Under the pieces are notes generated by a model, which was not told the DNA's origin, searched no databases, and saw only the letters and a list, made by a program, of their open reading frames with translations. Below, in pieces: positions 9,120 to 17,944 of a stretch of 64,000 nt of DNA. This DNA is from a bacterium (GTDB lineage: Bacteria > Cyanobacteriota > Vampirovibrionia > Gastranaerophilales > Gastranaerophilaceae). The stretch lies in contig JAFXXK010000008.1 of NCBI GenBank assembly GCA_017542305.1, positions 1-64,000 of the forward strand. Direction: 5' to 3'. The position numbers were made by a program, and so were the translations under genes. How positions within the stretch are numbered: the first letter of the stretch is position 1; every line of letters starts with the position of its first letter.

Positions 9120-10214
9120 ATGGATTTGGCAGTATTTTTTACAGGGTTTGTAATTGGGGCATTATTCGTATTAATACCCGTTTTGATAATAAAGAAAATG
9201 ACGGGCATGCATAATGCAGAGGCTTTGGATAATATGAAGTTGTACTTTGAAAACACTGCCCATAAAGTGCTTCAGGATAATTCTTCAACATTTTCAAATC
9301 AAACTGAGGAAAAACTTGAAGAATTCTTCAAAAGATTCAAAGACAAAATTGAATATTTTGAGAAAAAGAATGATGAAAATTTCAAACTGGAAGCAGAAAA
9401 ATTCACAAGATTTGATGAAAATATTAAAACCTTTCTTGAAGCCGGAAACCGTATATCAAAAGATACCTCAAATCTTGTAAGTGTTATGAAATCCGATAAT
9501 CGTACCCAGGGACATTGGGGCGAAATAGTTTTGGAAAAGGTTTTGGAATCTTCCGGATTAAGAAAAGACATTGAATATAAAATTCAAACTTCAACTGCGG
9601 AAGGCAGACCCGATGCGACAGTATTTCTGCCTGAAAACCGTTGCGTATTTATTGATGCAAAAACGTCATTAGCTTCGTGGAATAATTTTGTTAATGCTGA
9701 AACAGAAGAAGATAAAAACGAGTATCTAAAAGAATTTGTGGCATCAACTAAAGCTCATATATCCGGACTTACCAAAAGAGAGTATTTTAATAATGAGCTG
9801 TCACCGGATTATGTATTAATGTTTATTCCTATTGAGGGTTGTTATTCTCTGATGTTCTGTGATAATTGTGAATTGTGGGACTTGGCGTGGAGAAACAAAA
9901 TTATGCCGGTTTCTCCGTCAACGCTGCTTGCGGCACTAAAAATTATCAATTCATTTTATATTGTTGACAGACAGAATAAAAATTATGAGGAAATATCAAG
10001 ACTTTGTACGGGAATGGTTGATAAATTCTCCGCCTTGCTTTCCGATATTATTAAAAGTCGTTCAGTACTTGATTCTGCTCTGAAAAAACTTCAGGGTAAA
10101 GGTAATATATTAAATCAGATAGATAAAATTCAGAAGCTCGGAGTTGTTAAATCAAAAGATATTCCGGAAATACCCGAAGATTTGACTGAAGAAGACTCCG
10201 CCCAGGTATCTTAA
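9120..10214 (+). CDS. rmuC: DNA recombination protein RmuC
   Basis: The product has an N-terminal TM helix, a coiled coil, and the RmuC core (HWGEIVLEKVLESSGL, FLPENRCVFIDAKTSL, LMFIPIEGCYS). The start was chosen at ATG 9120, which has the aggaga SD. The 9045 TTG extension in the ORF track is unlikely. Confidence 0.75.
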   Translation: MDLAVFFTGFVIGALFVLIPVLIIKKMTGMHNAEALDNMKLYFENTAHKVLQDNSSTFSNQTEEKLEEFFKRFKDKIEYFEKKNDENFKLEAEKFTRFDENIKTFLEAGNRISKDTSNLVSVMKSDNRTQGHWGEIVLEKVLESSGLRKDIEYKIQTSTAEGRPDATVFLPENRCVFIDAKTSLASWNNFVNAETEEDKNEYLKEFVASTKAHISGLTKREYFNNELSPDYVLMFIPIEGCYSLMFCDNCELWDLAWRNKIMPVSPSTLLAALKIINSFYIVDRQNKNYEEISRLCTGMVDKFSALLSDIIKSRSVLDSALKKLQGKGNILNQIDKIQKLGVVKSKDIPEIPEDLTEEDSAQVS

Positions 10215-10768
10215 TCTATTGTTTTAACAGCTTTGCATGGATTTCCGAAAGCGACAACATTTGACGGAATATCTTTGGTTACGACACTGCCTGCACCGAT
10301 TACGACATTATCACCTACTGTTACCCCTGCCAATACCGTAACATTTCCTCCTATCCACACATTTTTGCCGATAGTAATAGGCTTGGCTGTTTCATATCCT
10401 TTAGCTCGTTCTTCCGCATTTATGGGGTGCTGTGCGGTGTAAAATCCGCAATTCGGTCCTATTATAACGTTATCTCCAAACTTTACCGGAGCGCAGTCCA
10501 GAATAACGCAATTGTGATTTATATAAAAGGCTCTTCCCGCCGAAATATTGTATCCGTAATCGCAAAAGAAATTCGGTTCTATTATTATGTCATCTTCACA
10601 TTTCCCTAACAGTTTTTTAAGTAAAATTTTCCGTTCGGTATTCTCTGTGTCAGAAATTGAGTTTATCTTATTACAAAGGGCTTTTGCTCTTTTTCTGTCA
10701 GTTTTCAGTTCGTTAGTTTCAGGTAAATATTCTTCTCCTGATAGCATTTTTTCTTTTTCTGATTTCAT
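10211..10768 (-). CDS. maa: Maltose or galactoside O-acetyltransferase (left-handed hexapeptide-repeat family)
   Basis: The product contains hexapeptide repeats and the Maa/LacA signature GDNVIIGPNCGFYTAQHPINAEER...ITIGKNVWIGGNVTVLAGVTVGDNVVIGAGSVV. Confidence 0.75.
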   Translation of the reverse strand: MKSEKEKMLSGEEYLPETNELKTDRKRAKALCNKINSISDTENTERKILLKKLLGKCEDDIIIEPNFFCDYGYNISAGRAFYINHNCVILDCAPVKFGDNVIIGPNCGFYTAQHPINAEERAKGYETAKPITIGKNVWIGGNVTVLAGVTVGDNVVIGAGSVVTKDIPSNVVAFGNPCKAVKTID

Positions 10769-10785
10769 TTATTAAAGCCCCGTTT

Positions 10786-12459
10786 TTATTTTGTTAATTT
10801 TTTAATTTCATTAATAGCAAGGTTTATTGAATGTTTCCAATTGTGCTGCTTGTCATTTACAAAAGGTTTTACGGTCGGGTAATATATAACGTCCTCTCCT
10901 GTTAAATCAAACCATCTGTAATCGTTACTCCAATTAAACAACGCAAAGGTTTTGATACCCATTGCTCCCGCAAGATTCATTATGCAGTTGTCTATACTTA
11001 ATACCAAATCGAGGTTGCTCATTGCGGCTGCAGTATAGGCAAAATCTTTGAAATCTCTCTCAATATCAATTACTTTGTTATGCTTAAAGCAGTCAAATTC
11101 GTGAATGTCGGCACCTTTTTGCAGTAAATATAATTCAACGTTTTTAAGTTCATCAAGAGCTTTCAGATATTCCATCGGCAGGTTTTTCATTCTTGTTGTT
11201 GTTATATTTCCCGCAAATGAAATTCCTATTTTAAGCTTATTTGTCGGTTTGCTGAAATATTTTTCTTTAAACATTTGAACAAGTTCTTCGGGTGGAGTAA
11301 TATAACCGCCTCCCGTAGAGATATTTTCCCTTGTAAGTTTCAGTGTTGTCATTATAGACATTGCGGGAATATGATAATCATATATTGTTTTACTGTTCTT
11401 AAAATCATTTTTTGAGATAACTTCTACACCCCAGGGGTTGTTTTTAAGCAGAGGTGCTATTTCGTTTTGTACTACAAATATAGTGTGTTTTGCGAGGTTT
11501 GCAATTCTTTGGACATATCCCCAAGCAAGGAACATATCCCCGAAACCCTGTTCACAATATATCAGTAAAGTCTTATTTGATAAATTAGTTTTGCCGTCCC
11601 ATTTCGGTTTTTCCAGTTTGGGGTATTCGGTGGGGTTAGACTTCATTGTAAATCTGTATTCATAGTATTTATGCCAATCCTCAAAATTTTCTGTCTTTAA
11701 TGCAAATGCGGCATAATCGAATCTGTCGTTATCGTTTGCCTTAGGAGAATCCATTATTTTCTTGCAGTATTGCATATATGTAACATAATCGTTTAATGCA
11801 CCTGCAGCAACCGTTACATTTTTACAGAAAAGTCTGTTACCCGGTTCCATATCGGCAGCCAATTTGAAGTTTTCCATAGCTTTTTGGGCGGGTTCTGAAG
11901 ATTCCAGATTTTTTCTGTAATATTCAAAATAAAAATGTCCCATATTATTATATTCGCCTGCAGTAATAGAATTTTTATCTTTTTGCTCAAGGTATTTTTT
12001 ATAATTTGAAATTGCTCCTTTCAAATCCCCGTTACTTGCGCAGACATCTGCCAGAATTTCGTAGGTTTCCGGCTTATTACCGAAAGCTTCCGTAAGATAT
12101 TTTGCTACACTCATCTGTAAATCATATTGCTGCAATTCTTTTAGGCATTTCAGATAATCTTTTATATATTCAAAATTTAAACGGTCATATTTAAAAATTA
12201 CCGTATAACATATAGATGCAAGTGCCCATTCTTCATTATTTATATAGCGGATACCTAGTTCTGCTAATTTTTTTACAAATAAATCCTGAGAAAAAGTAGC
12301 TTCATTGTACACACTCGTGCTGTACTTTTTATTGTTTGAAAACGGCTGAAAACTTGACAAATAATTGTCAAAAAAACTTGCGGCTTCAAGGACTTTGCCT
12401 TCTTCCAATAAGGCAACCCATATTGCTCGGTTTAATTTTAATAACTCAAAATCTTCCAT
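10786..12459 (-). CDS. TPR-repeat protein fused to a C-terminal glycosyltransferase family 9 (heptosyltransferase-like) domain
   Basis: The N-terminal roughly 270 aa are TPR-like helical repeats. The C-terminal part (LLIYCEQGFGDMFLAWGYVQRIA...LDLVLSIDNCIMNLAGAMGIKTFALF) matches the GT9 fold. Confidence 0.55.
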   Translation of the reverse strand: MEDFELLKLNRAIWVALLEEGKVLEAASFFDNYLSSFQPFSNNKKYSTSVYNEATFSQDLFVKKLAELGIRYINNEEWALASICYTVIFKYDRLNFEYIKDYLKCLKELQQYDLQMSVAKYLTEAFGNKPETYEILADVCASNGDLKGAISNYKKYLEQKDKNSITAGEYNNMGHFYFEYYRKNLESSEPAQKAMENFKLAADMEPGNRLFCKNVTVAAGALNDYVTYMQYCKKIMDSPKANDNDRFDYAAFALKTENFEDWHKYYEYRFTMKSNPTEYPKLEKPKWDGKTNLSNKTLLIYCEQGFGDMFLAWGYVQRIANLAKHTIFVVQNEIAPLLKNNPWGVEVISKNDFKNSKTIYDYHIPAMSIMTTLKLTRENISTGGGYITPPEELVQMFKEKYFSKPTNKLKIGISFAGNITTTRMKNLPMEYLKALDELKNVELYLLQKGADIHEFDCFKHNKVIDIERDFKDFAYTAAAMSNLDLVLSIDNCIMNLAGAMGIKTFALFNWSNDYRWFDLTGEDVIYYPTVKPFVNDKQHNWKHSINLAINEIKKLTK

Positions 12460-12515
12460 AATAAAATATAATATAACTTATTTGCCATTTTTTGGTCATG
12501 CGATTGACGGATTTA

Positions 12516-13151
12516 TTATAATTTCTTGGCTCTTTTAAAAGGCCAAAACAGAAATACGGCTTTTCCAACAAATCGGTTTTGTTCGAGTAATCCCCAATAT
12601 CTGCCGTCCTGAGAGTTTCCTCTGTTGTCGCCAAGCATCATATATTGCTTTTCTCCAAGAACTATAGGTCCGCAGAACATTGCTTCCGTACATGGTCTGT
12701 AGTCATACTCACTTTTGATATACGGTTCATCCAACGGTTCATCATTAATGTAAACGGTATATTTCCCTGTTTCGTCAGCTTTTAATTCAAATTTCTCTCC
12801 GGGAAGTGCAATAACTCTTTTTATAAAAGCAACATCTTTGCAAAAAAATCCCGTGAGTCTTGAGAATAATCTCCACGGAGTATATCTGAGTTTTTCCTGC
12901 GGCGGGTAAAATACCATAATATCGCCACGTTTTGGGGTTGTATAAAATCTTGAAAATCTTTCAACAAATATTCTGTCGCCTTCTAATAATGTCGGATGCA
13001 TAGAACCTGACGGTATCCAGCGGATTTCTCCTATGAAAAACCTGATGATTATAACCATCGCTAACACAAATACTACGGTTTCAACAATTTCTTTAATCGC
13101 AGCTTTGTGTTCGGTATAATACGTTTTTAAATACTGAAATATATTACTCAT
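12516..13151 (-). CDS. lepB: Signal peptidase I
   Basis: The catalytic Ser motif is IPSGSMHPTL. The GDNRGNSQDGRYWG box and an N-terminal TM anchor are present. Confidence 0.85.
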   Translation of the reverse strand: MSNIFQYLKTYYTEHKAAIKEIVETVVFVLAMVIIIRFFIGEIRWIPSGSMHPTLLEGDRIFVERFSRFYTTPKRGDIMVFYPPQEKLRYTPWRLFSRLTGFFCKDVAFIKRVIALPGEKFELKADETGKYTVYINDEPLDEPYIKSEYDYRPCTEAMFCGPIVLGEKQYMMLGDNRGNSQDGRYWGLLEQNRFVGKAVFLFWPFKRAKKL

Positions 13152-14010
13152 CTCTTATAATTCCTGTAAGTTCAATAACTGCTTGTTTATATAAGCTGTC
13201 AGGCAAATATTGCGCGGAAGCTTTTGCCTTTCGGATATAATTATCCAATAAATCATAAGCTTTTTCAATACCCGATGCAGCATTTTCCAAATCACCGGCA
13301 AATATAACGGGGGCTGTGTATATACCATTATTGATATCGCTGTCTTTTTTGTTTGCGATAACGTTCTTTATGTCGTTTTTTATTTGGAATGCTATTCCGA
13401 AATTTTTTGAAAAAACAGCTGTCTGTTCCGAAATCTTATTTGTCGCAAGTAATTCGGCGCCGCAAATTGCAGCTTCAAACAGAGCTCCGGTTTTGTTGTA
13501 AGTTTTTTCCAGATATTCTTCAAGTGTCGGGATTTTATATTTTGAATGGTGCTGTCGGACTTCACCCTCGCACATTTTTGATATTGTATCAGCAATCATT
13601 ATTGTTAGCTGACTGTTTTTTAATTCTGCGATATATCTGAGTGCAGTTGCCAATACATAGTCGCCGGCAACAACAGAGAGGTGTTCCCCAAAATTGGCAT
13701 TGAAGGATTTGTTTCCGCGTCTTTCTCCGGAAGCATCAATTACATCATCGTGTATTAATGAACCGTTGTGAATAAGTTCTATAATTGCCTGAAAAATGAT
13801 TTGTTCTTCCGTAATTTCATAAGAAGCTGCTTTACAGTATAAAAAGCTTACGAGTGCCCGTATATGTTTAGATGGGGCTTTTACAAAATCCGATAAAGAC
13901 TCATAAAATTTATTTTGAGCAGTAATATTTTCTGCTGCTTTGGTTTTTACTTTTTCAAGCTCATCCCCTACAAGATTGTATATATTTTTATAATCTTCTT
14001 TAAAACTCAT
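13144..14010 (-). CDS. Polyprenyl (trans-isoprenyl) diphosphate synthase family protein with a degenerate second Asp-rich motif
   Basis: The first Asp-rich motif LIHDDVIDASGERRG is intact. The second motif reads GIAFQIKNDIKN (NDxxN) instead of the usual FQxxDDxxD. The gene overlaps lepB by 8 nt. Confidence 0.7.
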   Translation of the reverse strand: MSFKEDYKNIYNLVGDELEKVKTKAAENITAQNKFYESLSDFVKAPSKHIRALVSFLYCKAASYEITEEQIIFQAIIELIHNGSLIHDDVIDASGERRGNKSFNANFGEHLSVVAGDYVLATALRYIAELKNSQLTIMIADTISKMCEGEVRQHHSKYKIPTLEEYLEKTYNKTGALFEAAICGAELLATNKISEQTAVFSKNFGIAFQIKNDIKNVIANKKDSDINNGIYTAPVIFAGDLENAASGIEKAYDLLDNYIRKAKASAQYLPDSLYKQAVIELTGIIRDE

Positions 14011-14119
14011 AAAATAATTTTATCACAGATAAATACAACGACGAATCTTTTTACATTATTGCCATGTTAAAAAATGAATGTTAGTATGATTTTGTTATTT
14101 ACTCACGGGAGGTTATATC

Positions 14120-15406
14120 ATGAAGTGTGGCAAATGTGATGGTGATTTCACACAATACCAGTGCGGCAATATGAAAATATCTTATTGCAAAGATTGTAAG
14201 TCTGTTTGGATAAAATATTCGGCTCTGAAAAAGATTTCAGAACTGCTTGATTTAAAATCCGAGATACTCAATCCGGCAGAAATGGAGGCTATAAAAGTAA
14301 AAGAAGAAGCTCGTCTGTGTCCCGAATGCGGAAAGCCTGCGGATAAAGTTTATTTCAATGGCGTTATTCTGGATAAATGTTCTGCCTGCGACGGTATTTT
14401 GTTTGATGACGGGGAATTGGCAAAATTTTTCCGTATTTATATGAAACGCGATCCGGGTGTAATTGGTAATATCGAATTTCTTGACAAATATTGCAAAAAC
14501 AAGCCGGTATCCAATAAAGAGCCTGTTGGACAGGAAATAGAAATTCAGAGTAAAGAAAAAGAAAAACGAGTAATTTCCTTTAATGGGTTTGCAATGGTAT
14601 TTGTATTATTGCTGCTCTTATTCGTAAGTTTTATTTTTACCATACTAAATTTTGGAATTATAGGTATCCCGGGTTTTATATTGTTTGTTGTGGCTTTGCC
14701 TGGATTTAAGCTGTTAAAACCTCAGGAAGCTATGGTATTGACAGTATTCGGTAAATATATAGGTACATTAAAAGGTGCAGGTTTCCATTATGTTAATCCG
14801 TTTGCAACAAGTGTTACCCTGTTCCAGCCGATATCGTTAAAGGCGAGAACTCTGGATAACGGCAGACAAAAGATTAATGATGAAATCGGAAACCCGATAG
14901 AGGTCGGTATCATTGTTATATGGGAAGTTCAGGATACTGCTAAAGCTATCTTTAATGTTGATGATTATACGAAGTTCTTATCTTCCCAAAGCGATTCTGC
15001 CTTGAGGAACATTGTCAGAATGTACCCTTATGATGCGCAGGAAGATTCGGGTAAAACCTCATTAAGAGGGGATAGTCAGGAAATATCTCAAAAACTTAAA
15101 GAAGAAATTCAACGTAACGTTAAAGTTGCCGGATTAAATATTATTGATGCTAAAATTACACATCTTGCCTATGCCCCTGAGATTGCGGTTGCTATGCTTC
15201 AAAGACAACAGGCTTCTGCGGTAATTGATGCAAAAAAAGCTATTGTTGAAGGTGCTGTTGGTATGGTTGAGATGGCGTTGGCAAGATTAAATGATAATAA
15301 CGTTGTTTCAATGGATAATGCTGAAAAAGTTAAAATGGTCAATGATTTACTCGTTATCCTTTGCAGCGGCAAAGAGGCTCAGCCTGTAGTTAAAAGCGGA
15401 AGTTAA
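14120..15406 (+). CDS. SPFH/Band-7 domain membrane protein with two N-terminal zinc-ribbon modules
   Basis: Two CxxC...CxxC ribbons are present (CGKCDG...CKDCKS and CPECGK...CSACDG). They are followed by TM helices and an SPFH-like domain (LKPQEAMVLTVFGKYIGTLKGAGFHYVNPFATSVTLF...). Confidence 0.55.
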   Translation: MKCGKCDGDFTQYQCGNMKISYCKDCKSVWIKYSALKKISELLDLKSEILNPAEMEAIKVKEEARLCPECGKPADKVYFNGVILDKCSACDGILFDDGELAKFFRIYMKRDPGVIGNIEFLDKYCKNKPVSNKEPVGQEIEIQSKEKEKRVISFNGFAMVFVLLLLLFVSFIFTILNFGIIGIPGFILFVVALPGFKLLKPQEAMVLTVFGKYIGTLKGAGFHYVNPFATSVTLFQPISLKARTLDNGRQKINDEIGNPIEVGIIVIWEVQDTAKAIFNVDDYTKFLSSQSDSALRNIVRMYPYDAQEDSGKTSLRGDSQEISQKLKEEIQRNVKVAGLNIIDAKITHLAYAPEIAVAMLQRQQASAVIDAKKAIVEGAVGMVEMALARLNDNNVVSMDNAEKVKMVNDLLVILCSGKEAQPVVKSGS

Positions 15407-15420
15407 AATTTTTATACACC

Positions 15421-15470
15421 AAAAACCCAAAGTCGGAAACCTTATGGTTTCCGGTTTTGGGCAAAAAAAA
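15421..15470. terminator. Bidirectional rho-independent terminator between convergent genes
   Basis: The hairpin is cccaaagtcggaaacc-ttat-ggtttccggttttggg with an A8/T8 run. Confidence 0.55.
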
Positions 15471-15530
15471 GCGACTAAGTTTGCCTCAGTCGTTGGAAAT
15501 TAATAGGAAAAAGGAAAGGAAAATCTTTTT

Positions 15531-17015
15531 CTAAGCAGAGAACGTTTTGAATGTATCGCTTGTATTCTTTTCGATAATCTTAGATACTGCTTCTTTCTCT
15601 GTATTGATAGCTTTTTGTTCTGTATCAAGTTGTTTTAATCTTAATTCCAAGTTTTTATCTTCAGCCTGGATAACTTCAATCTTAGAGTTAATATTTTCTA
15701 CTGATTGATCATATAAATATTTGTCATATTCATATTGATTCATTGCATCATTGTATGCATCCTGATCCGTGCTTGTTTCTGTTGTTAATGCGAAGTTTGT
15801 ATATATTGTATTACCGTTTTCATCTGTTCTCGGTATACTTAAGTTGATATATCTGCCTGAAGAATCTTTTTCTAACTTACATCCTTCAATGCCTTTAAAT
15901 TCTTCAACTTTTTGTTCACTGCCCATTGTGTAGCAGCTGATTGCACTTAATGACATACCGTTTTGGTCGTAATCAGCCTGAGCAAGCTGATCTGCAGAAT
16001 AGAAATAAGGTTTTTCTACTTTTGTTGTCATATCCGTAACGTATCTTACCAACCAGTCGGTATAGCCGTATTTTTGTTCAAGAAGTTTAGCCCAAGCAGC
16101 TTCTTCTTTCATCATTCCGAGGATTTCTTCATCGGTTTTGCCTGCTATTTGCGGGAAAGATGTTGTGTCGGGTTTAGATGCAGCATCAATTTCCTGCTGT
16201 GTAAGATAGTGTCTTTCATCCTGACCCGGATTAAGTTCTTTTACATAATCACCGTCCTGATCAATTTCTACAAAGCGTAATCCGTCATCGGCGGTAGAAT
16301 CTTCAAAGCACATTGTAACGTCGCTGAGATTCAGATTATGTGTTTGTCCGGATTCATCTTCATAAGAATAGTTAGAGCCGTCTTTGTCAACACCGTAAAT
16401 GCTGACTTCTTGATAATCACCGTTTGCATCAATGTAATATGCACCCTCAGGATCTGCAGGGTTTGTTGCCCACTGGCTCATATCAGGATTGAAGTAATAA
16501 TATTCTAAACTGTCAATTTCTCTTTGAGAACATTGGTTATTTTTTACATAAAGTCCGTTAGCGTCTGCATATAAAGTTTTACCGTTCCAAGTATCGCCGG
16601 CCTGAGGAGGTATGTAGGTAATATCTCCGAGTTTGCGTAATTCTGCTGCACCAATAGAATATGTATAATCCGGTGCTGCTCCGCTTCTGCCTACAACACT
16701 TGTTGCAGCTGCAACCGGTGTATAATCATCCTGCCATTTTGAAAGGTAACTTACAATATAAGTACCGTTTGATTGTGCAAGCATAGACGTTAAAGTGTTA
16801 GTCAAGGAACCGTCATTGAATGTATATACGGTTTTTGTATAGCTGTCTACTGATGGCGGTGTCGGTACCGTCATTCCGAGTAAATCGTTGTAATAATTTG
16901 CTGACTGGTTGGACAGCATTGTACGCTGTTGGTTAATTTGCTGCCCTTCAAATTCAACATTATTCTGTCGAGCTGTCAATCCCAAAAATCTTGCTTGTGA
17001 TGCTGCCATTCCCAT
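15531..17015 (-). CDS. Hypothetical protein, 494 aa. It has an N-terminal helical segment, a central region rich in acidic and Tyr residues with DxDGxY (Ca-binding-like) motifs, and a C-terminal coiled coil. There is no signal peptide.
   Basis: The ORF is monocistronic, with an upstream terminator at 17195-17227, a downstream terminator at 15421-15470, and an aaagga SD. The motifs seen are DANGDY, DKDGSNY and DQDGDY. The C-terminus ends in a long predicted coiled coil. Confidence 0.6.
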   Translation of the reverse strand: MGMAASQARFLGLTARQNNVEFEGQQINQQRTMLSNQSANYYNDLLGMTVPTPPSVDSYTKTVYTFNDGSLTNTLTSMLAQSNGTYIVSYLSKWQDDYTPVAAATSVVGRSGAAPDYTYSIGAAELRKLGDITYIPPQAGDTWNGKTLYADANGLYVKNNQCSQREIDSLEYYYFNPDMSQWATNPADPEGAYYIDANGDYQEVSIYGVDKDGSNYSYEDESGQTHNLNLSDVTMCFEDSTADDGLRFVEIDQDGDYVKELNPGQDERHYLTQQEIDAASKPDTTSFPQIAGKTDEEILGMMKEEAAWAKLLEQKYGYTDWLVRYVTDMTTKVEKPYFYSADQLAQADYDQNGMSLSAISCYTMGSEQKVEEFKGIEGCKLEKDSSGRYINLSIPRTDENGNTIYTNFALTTETSTDQDAYNDAMNQYEYDKYLYDQSVENINSKIEVIQAEDKNLELRLKQLDTEQKAINTEKEAVSKIIEKNTSDTFKTFSA

Positions 17016-17194
17016 AGCTTTTAATTTCCTTTCATTAGTTCCTTACTCTGTACTACGGCAGGACTTTATTAAAACTTTAATTTTTGGGGTTGTTTTGTTA
17101 AGTTATGTTACATAAATGGTATAAACAAATAATCATAGTATGCCTGTAAGTATTGCTATATATATGTATTACCTTGTTTTAATATTATATATAT

Positions 17195-17227
17195 ACAAAA
17201 AACTCCTCTTAATACAGAGGAGTTCTT
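17195..17227 (-). terminator. Rho-independent terminator after the 91-aa gene
   Basis: The hairpin is aactcctc-ttaataca-gaggagtt, followed by a U-run on the minus strand. Confidence 0.5.
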
Positions 17228-17288
17228 TTAGGAGTTTTTCGGGGTAAATATAAATTTTATAGTTTTTCTGAACAAGGAATCCCTTTAA

Positions 17289-17564
17289 TTATCCGAGGAA
17301 TGTAATATGTTGATCCGGATTTTTTGCTTGTGTAACCGGTTGTTCAGATGAAGAAACTACATATTTATAAGTTCTTGCAATTTTCTTTATTACTGAAGAA
17401 ATTGGGTTAGATGGCATAGAATTATTCAAATTACCCTCAAATTCTCTGCGAGCATTTGGATTCTGTAAAGCCAAGATAGCCATGTTCTTAGTAACATTGT
17501 TTCCGTCACCGAAAGAAATGTACTGTTTTGATGTGCTAAATTTTACAGGATTAATTGTTATCAT
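17289..17564 (-). CDS. Small hypothetical protein, 91 aa, rich in Asn, Pro and Ser
   Basis: A strong GGAGG SD (gagaggaggtagca) lies 8 nt upstream of the ATG. The gene has its own terminator and a palindromic operator-like site in its promoter. Confidence 0.55.
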   Translation of the reverse strand: MITINPVKFSTSKQYISFGDGNNVTKNMAILALQNPNARREFEGNLNNSMPSNPISSVIKKIARTYKYVVSSSEQPVTQAKNPDQHITFLG

Positions 17565-17590
17565 ATGCTACCTCCTCTCTTGAGGTTTTA

Positions 17591-17625
17591 TTAAGTGTTT
17601 GTTTAACACTTCATCTAACACTTTT
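17591..17625. promoter_or_regulatory. Palindromic operator-like site (aagtgtt-tgttt-aacactt) plus a second taacactt half-site
   Basis: The perfect 7-bp inverted repeat aagtgtt/aacactt has a 5-nt spacer and is followed by a direct repeat of the half-site. It lies in the promoter region of the 91-aa gene. Confidence 0.35.
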
Positions 17626-17944
17626 AATATACATTATAAAACATTTTTTGTCAACCCCTGTTATAAAGTTTTGTTAAGTTGGCTAAGTTTCAAGCTATGC
17701 CTATATCTTACAAAAAGTGCATTTAATACACTTATTCATCCTAATGATGTATTTTTTAATATAACCGTGTGGCTAATTTGTCAATTTTTGTATTTTTTAC
17801 CCAATAATTTAAAATTAGCCAGGTGGGTAATTGTAAAAATGACACTTATTCGTTTTAATATAAATAATCTTTTTCATACTTCCAGCTATTCTTAATTCCA
17901 ACGAGCCTTATTTTGAGGCTCTTTTCTTTTATTGCAGCTGCATT

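Noticed and set aside
12446-12634. 62-aa minus-strand ORF at the lepB 3' end
   Set aside because: It overlaps the lepB C-terminal codons in another frame, and no SD is present.
17599-17895. 98-aa plus-strand ORF in the intergenic region
   Set aside because: It is AT-rich and low-complexity, rich in Phe, Asn and Leu. It has no SD and lies in a region better explained as promoter or non-coding RNA space.
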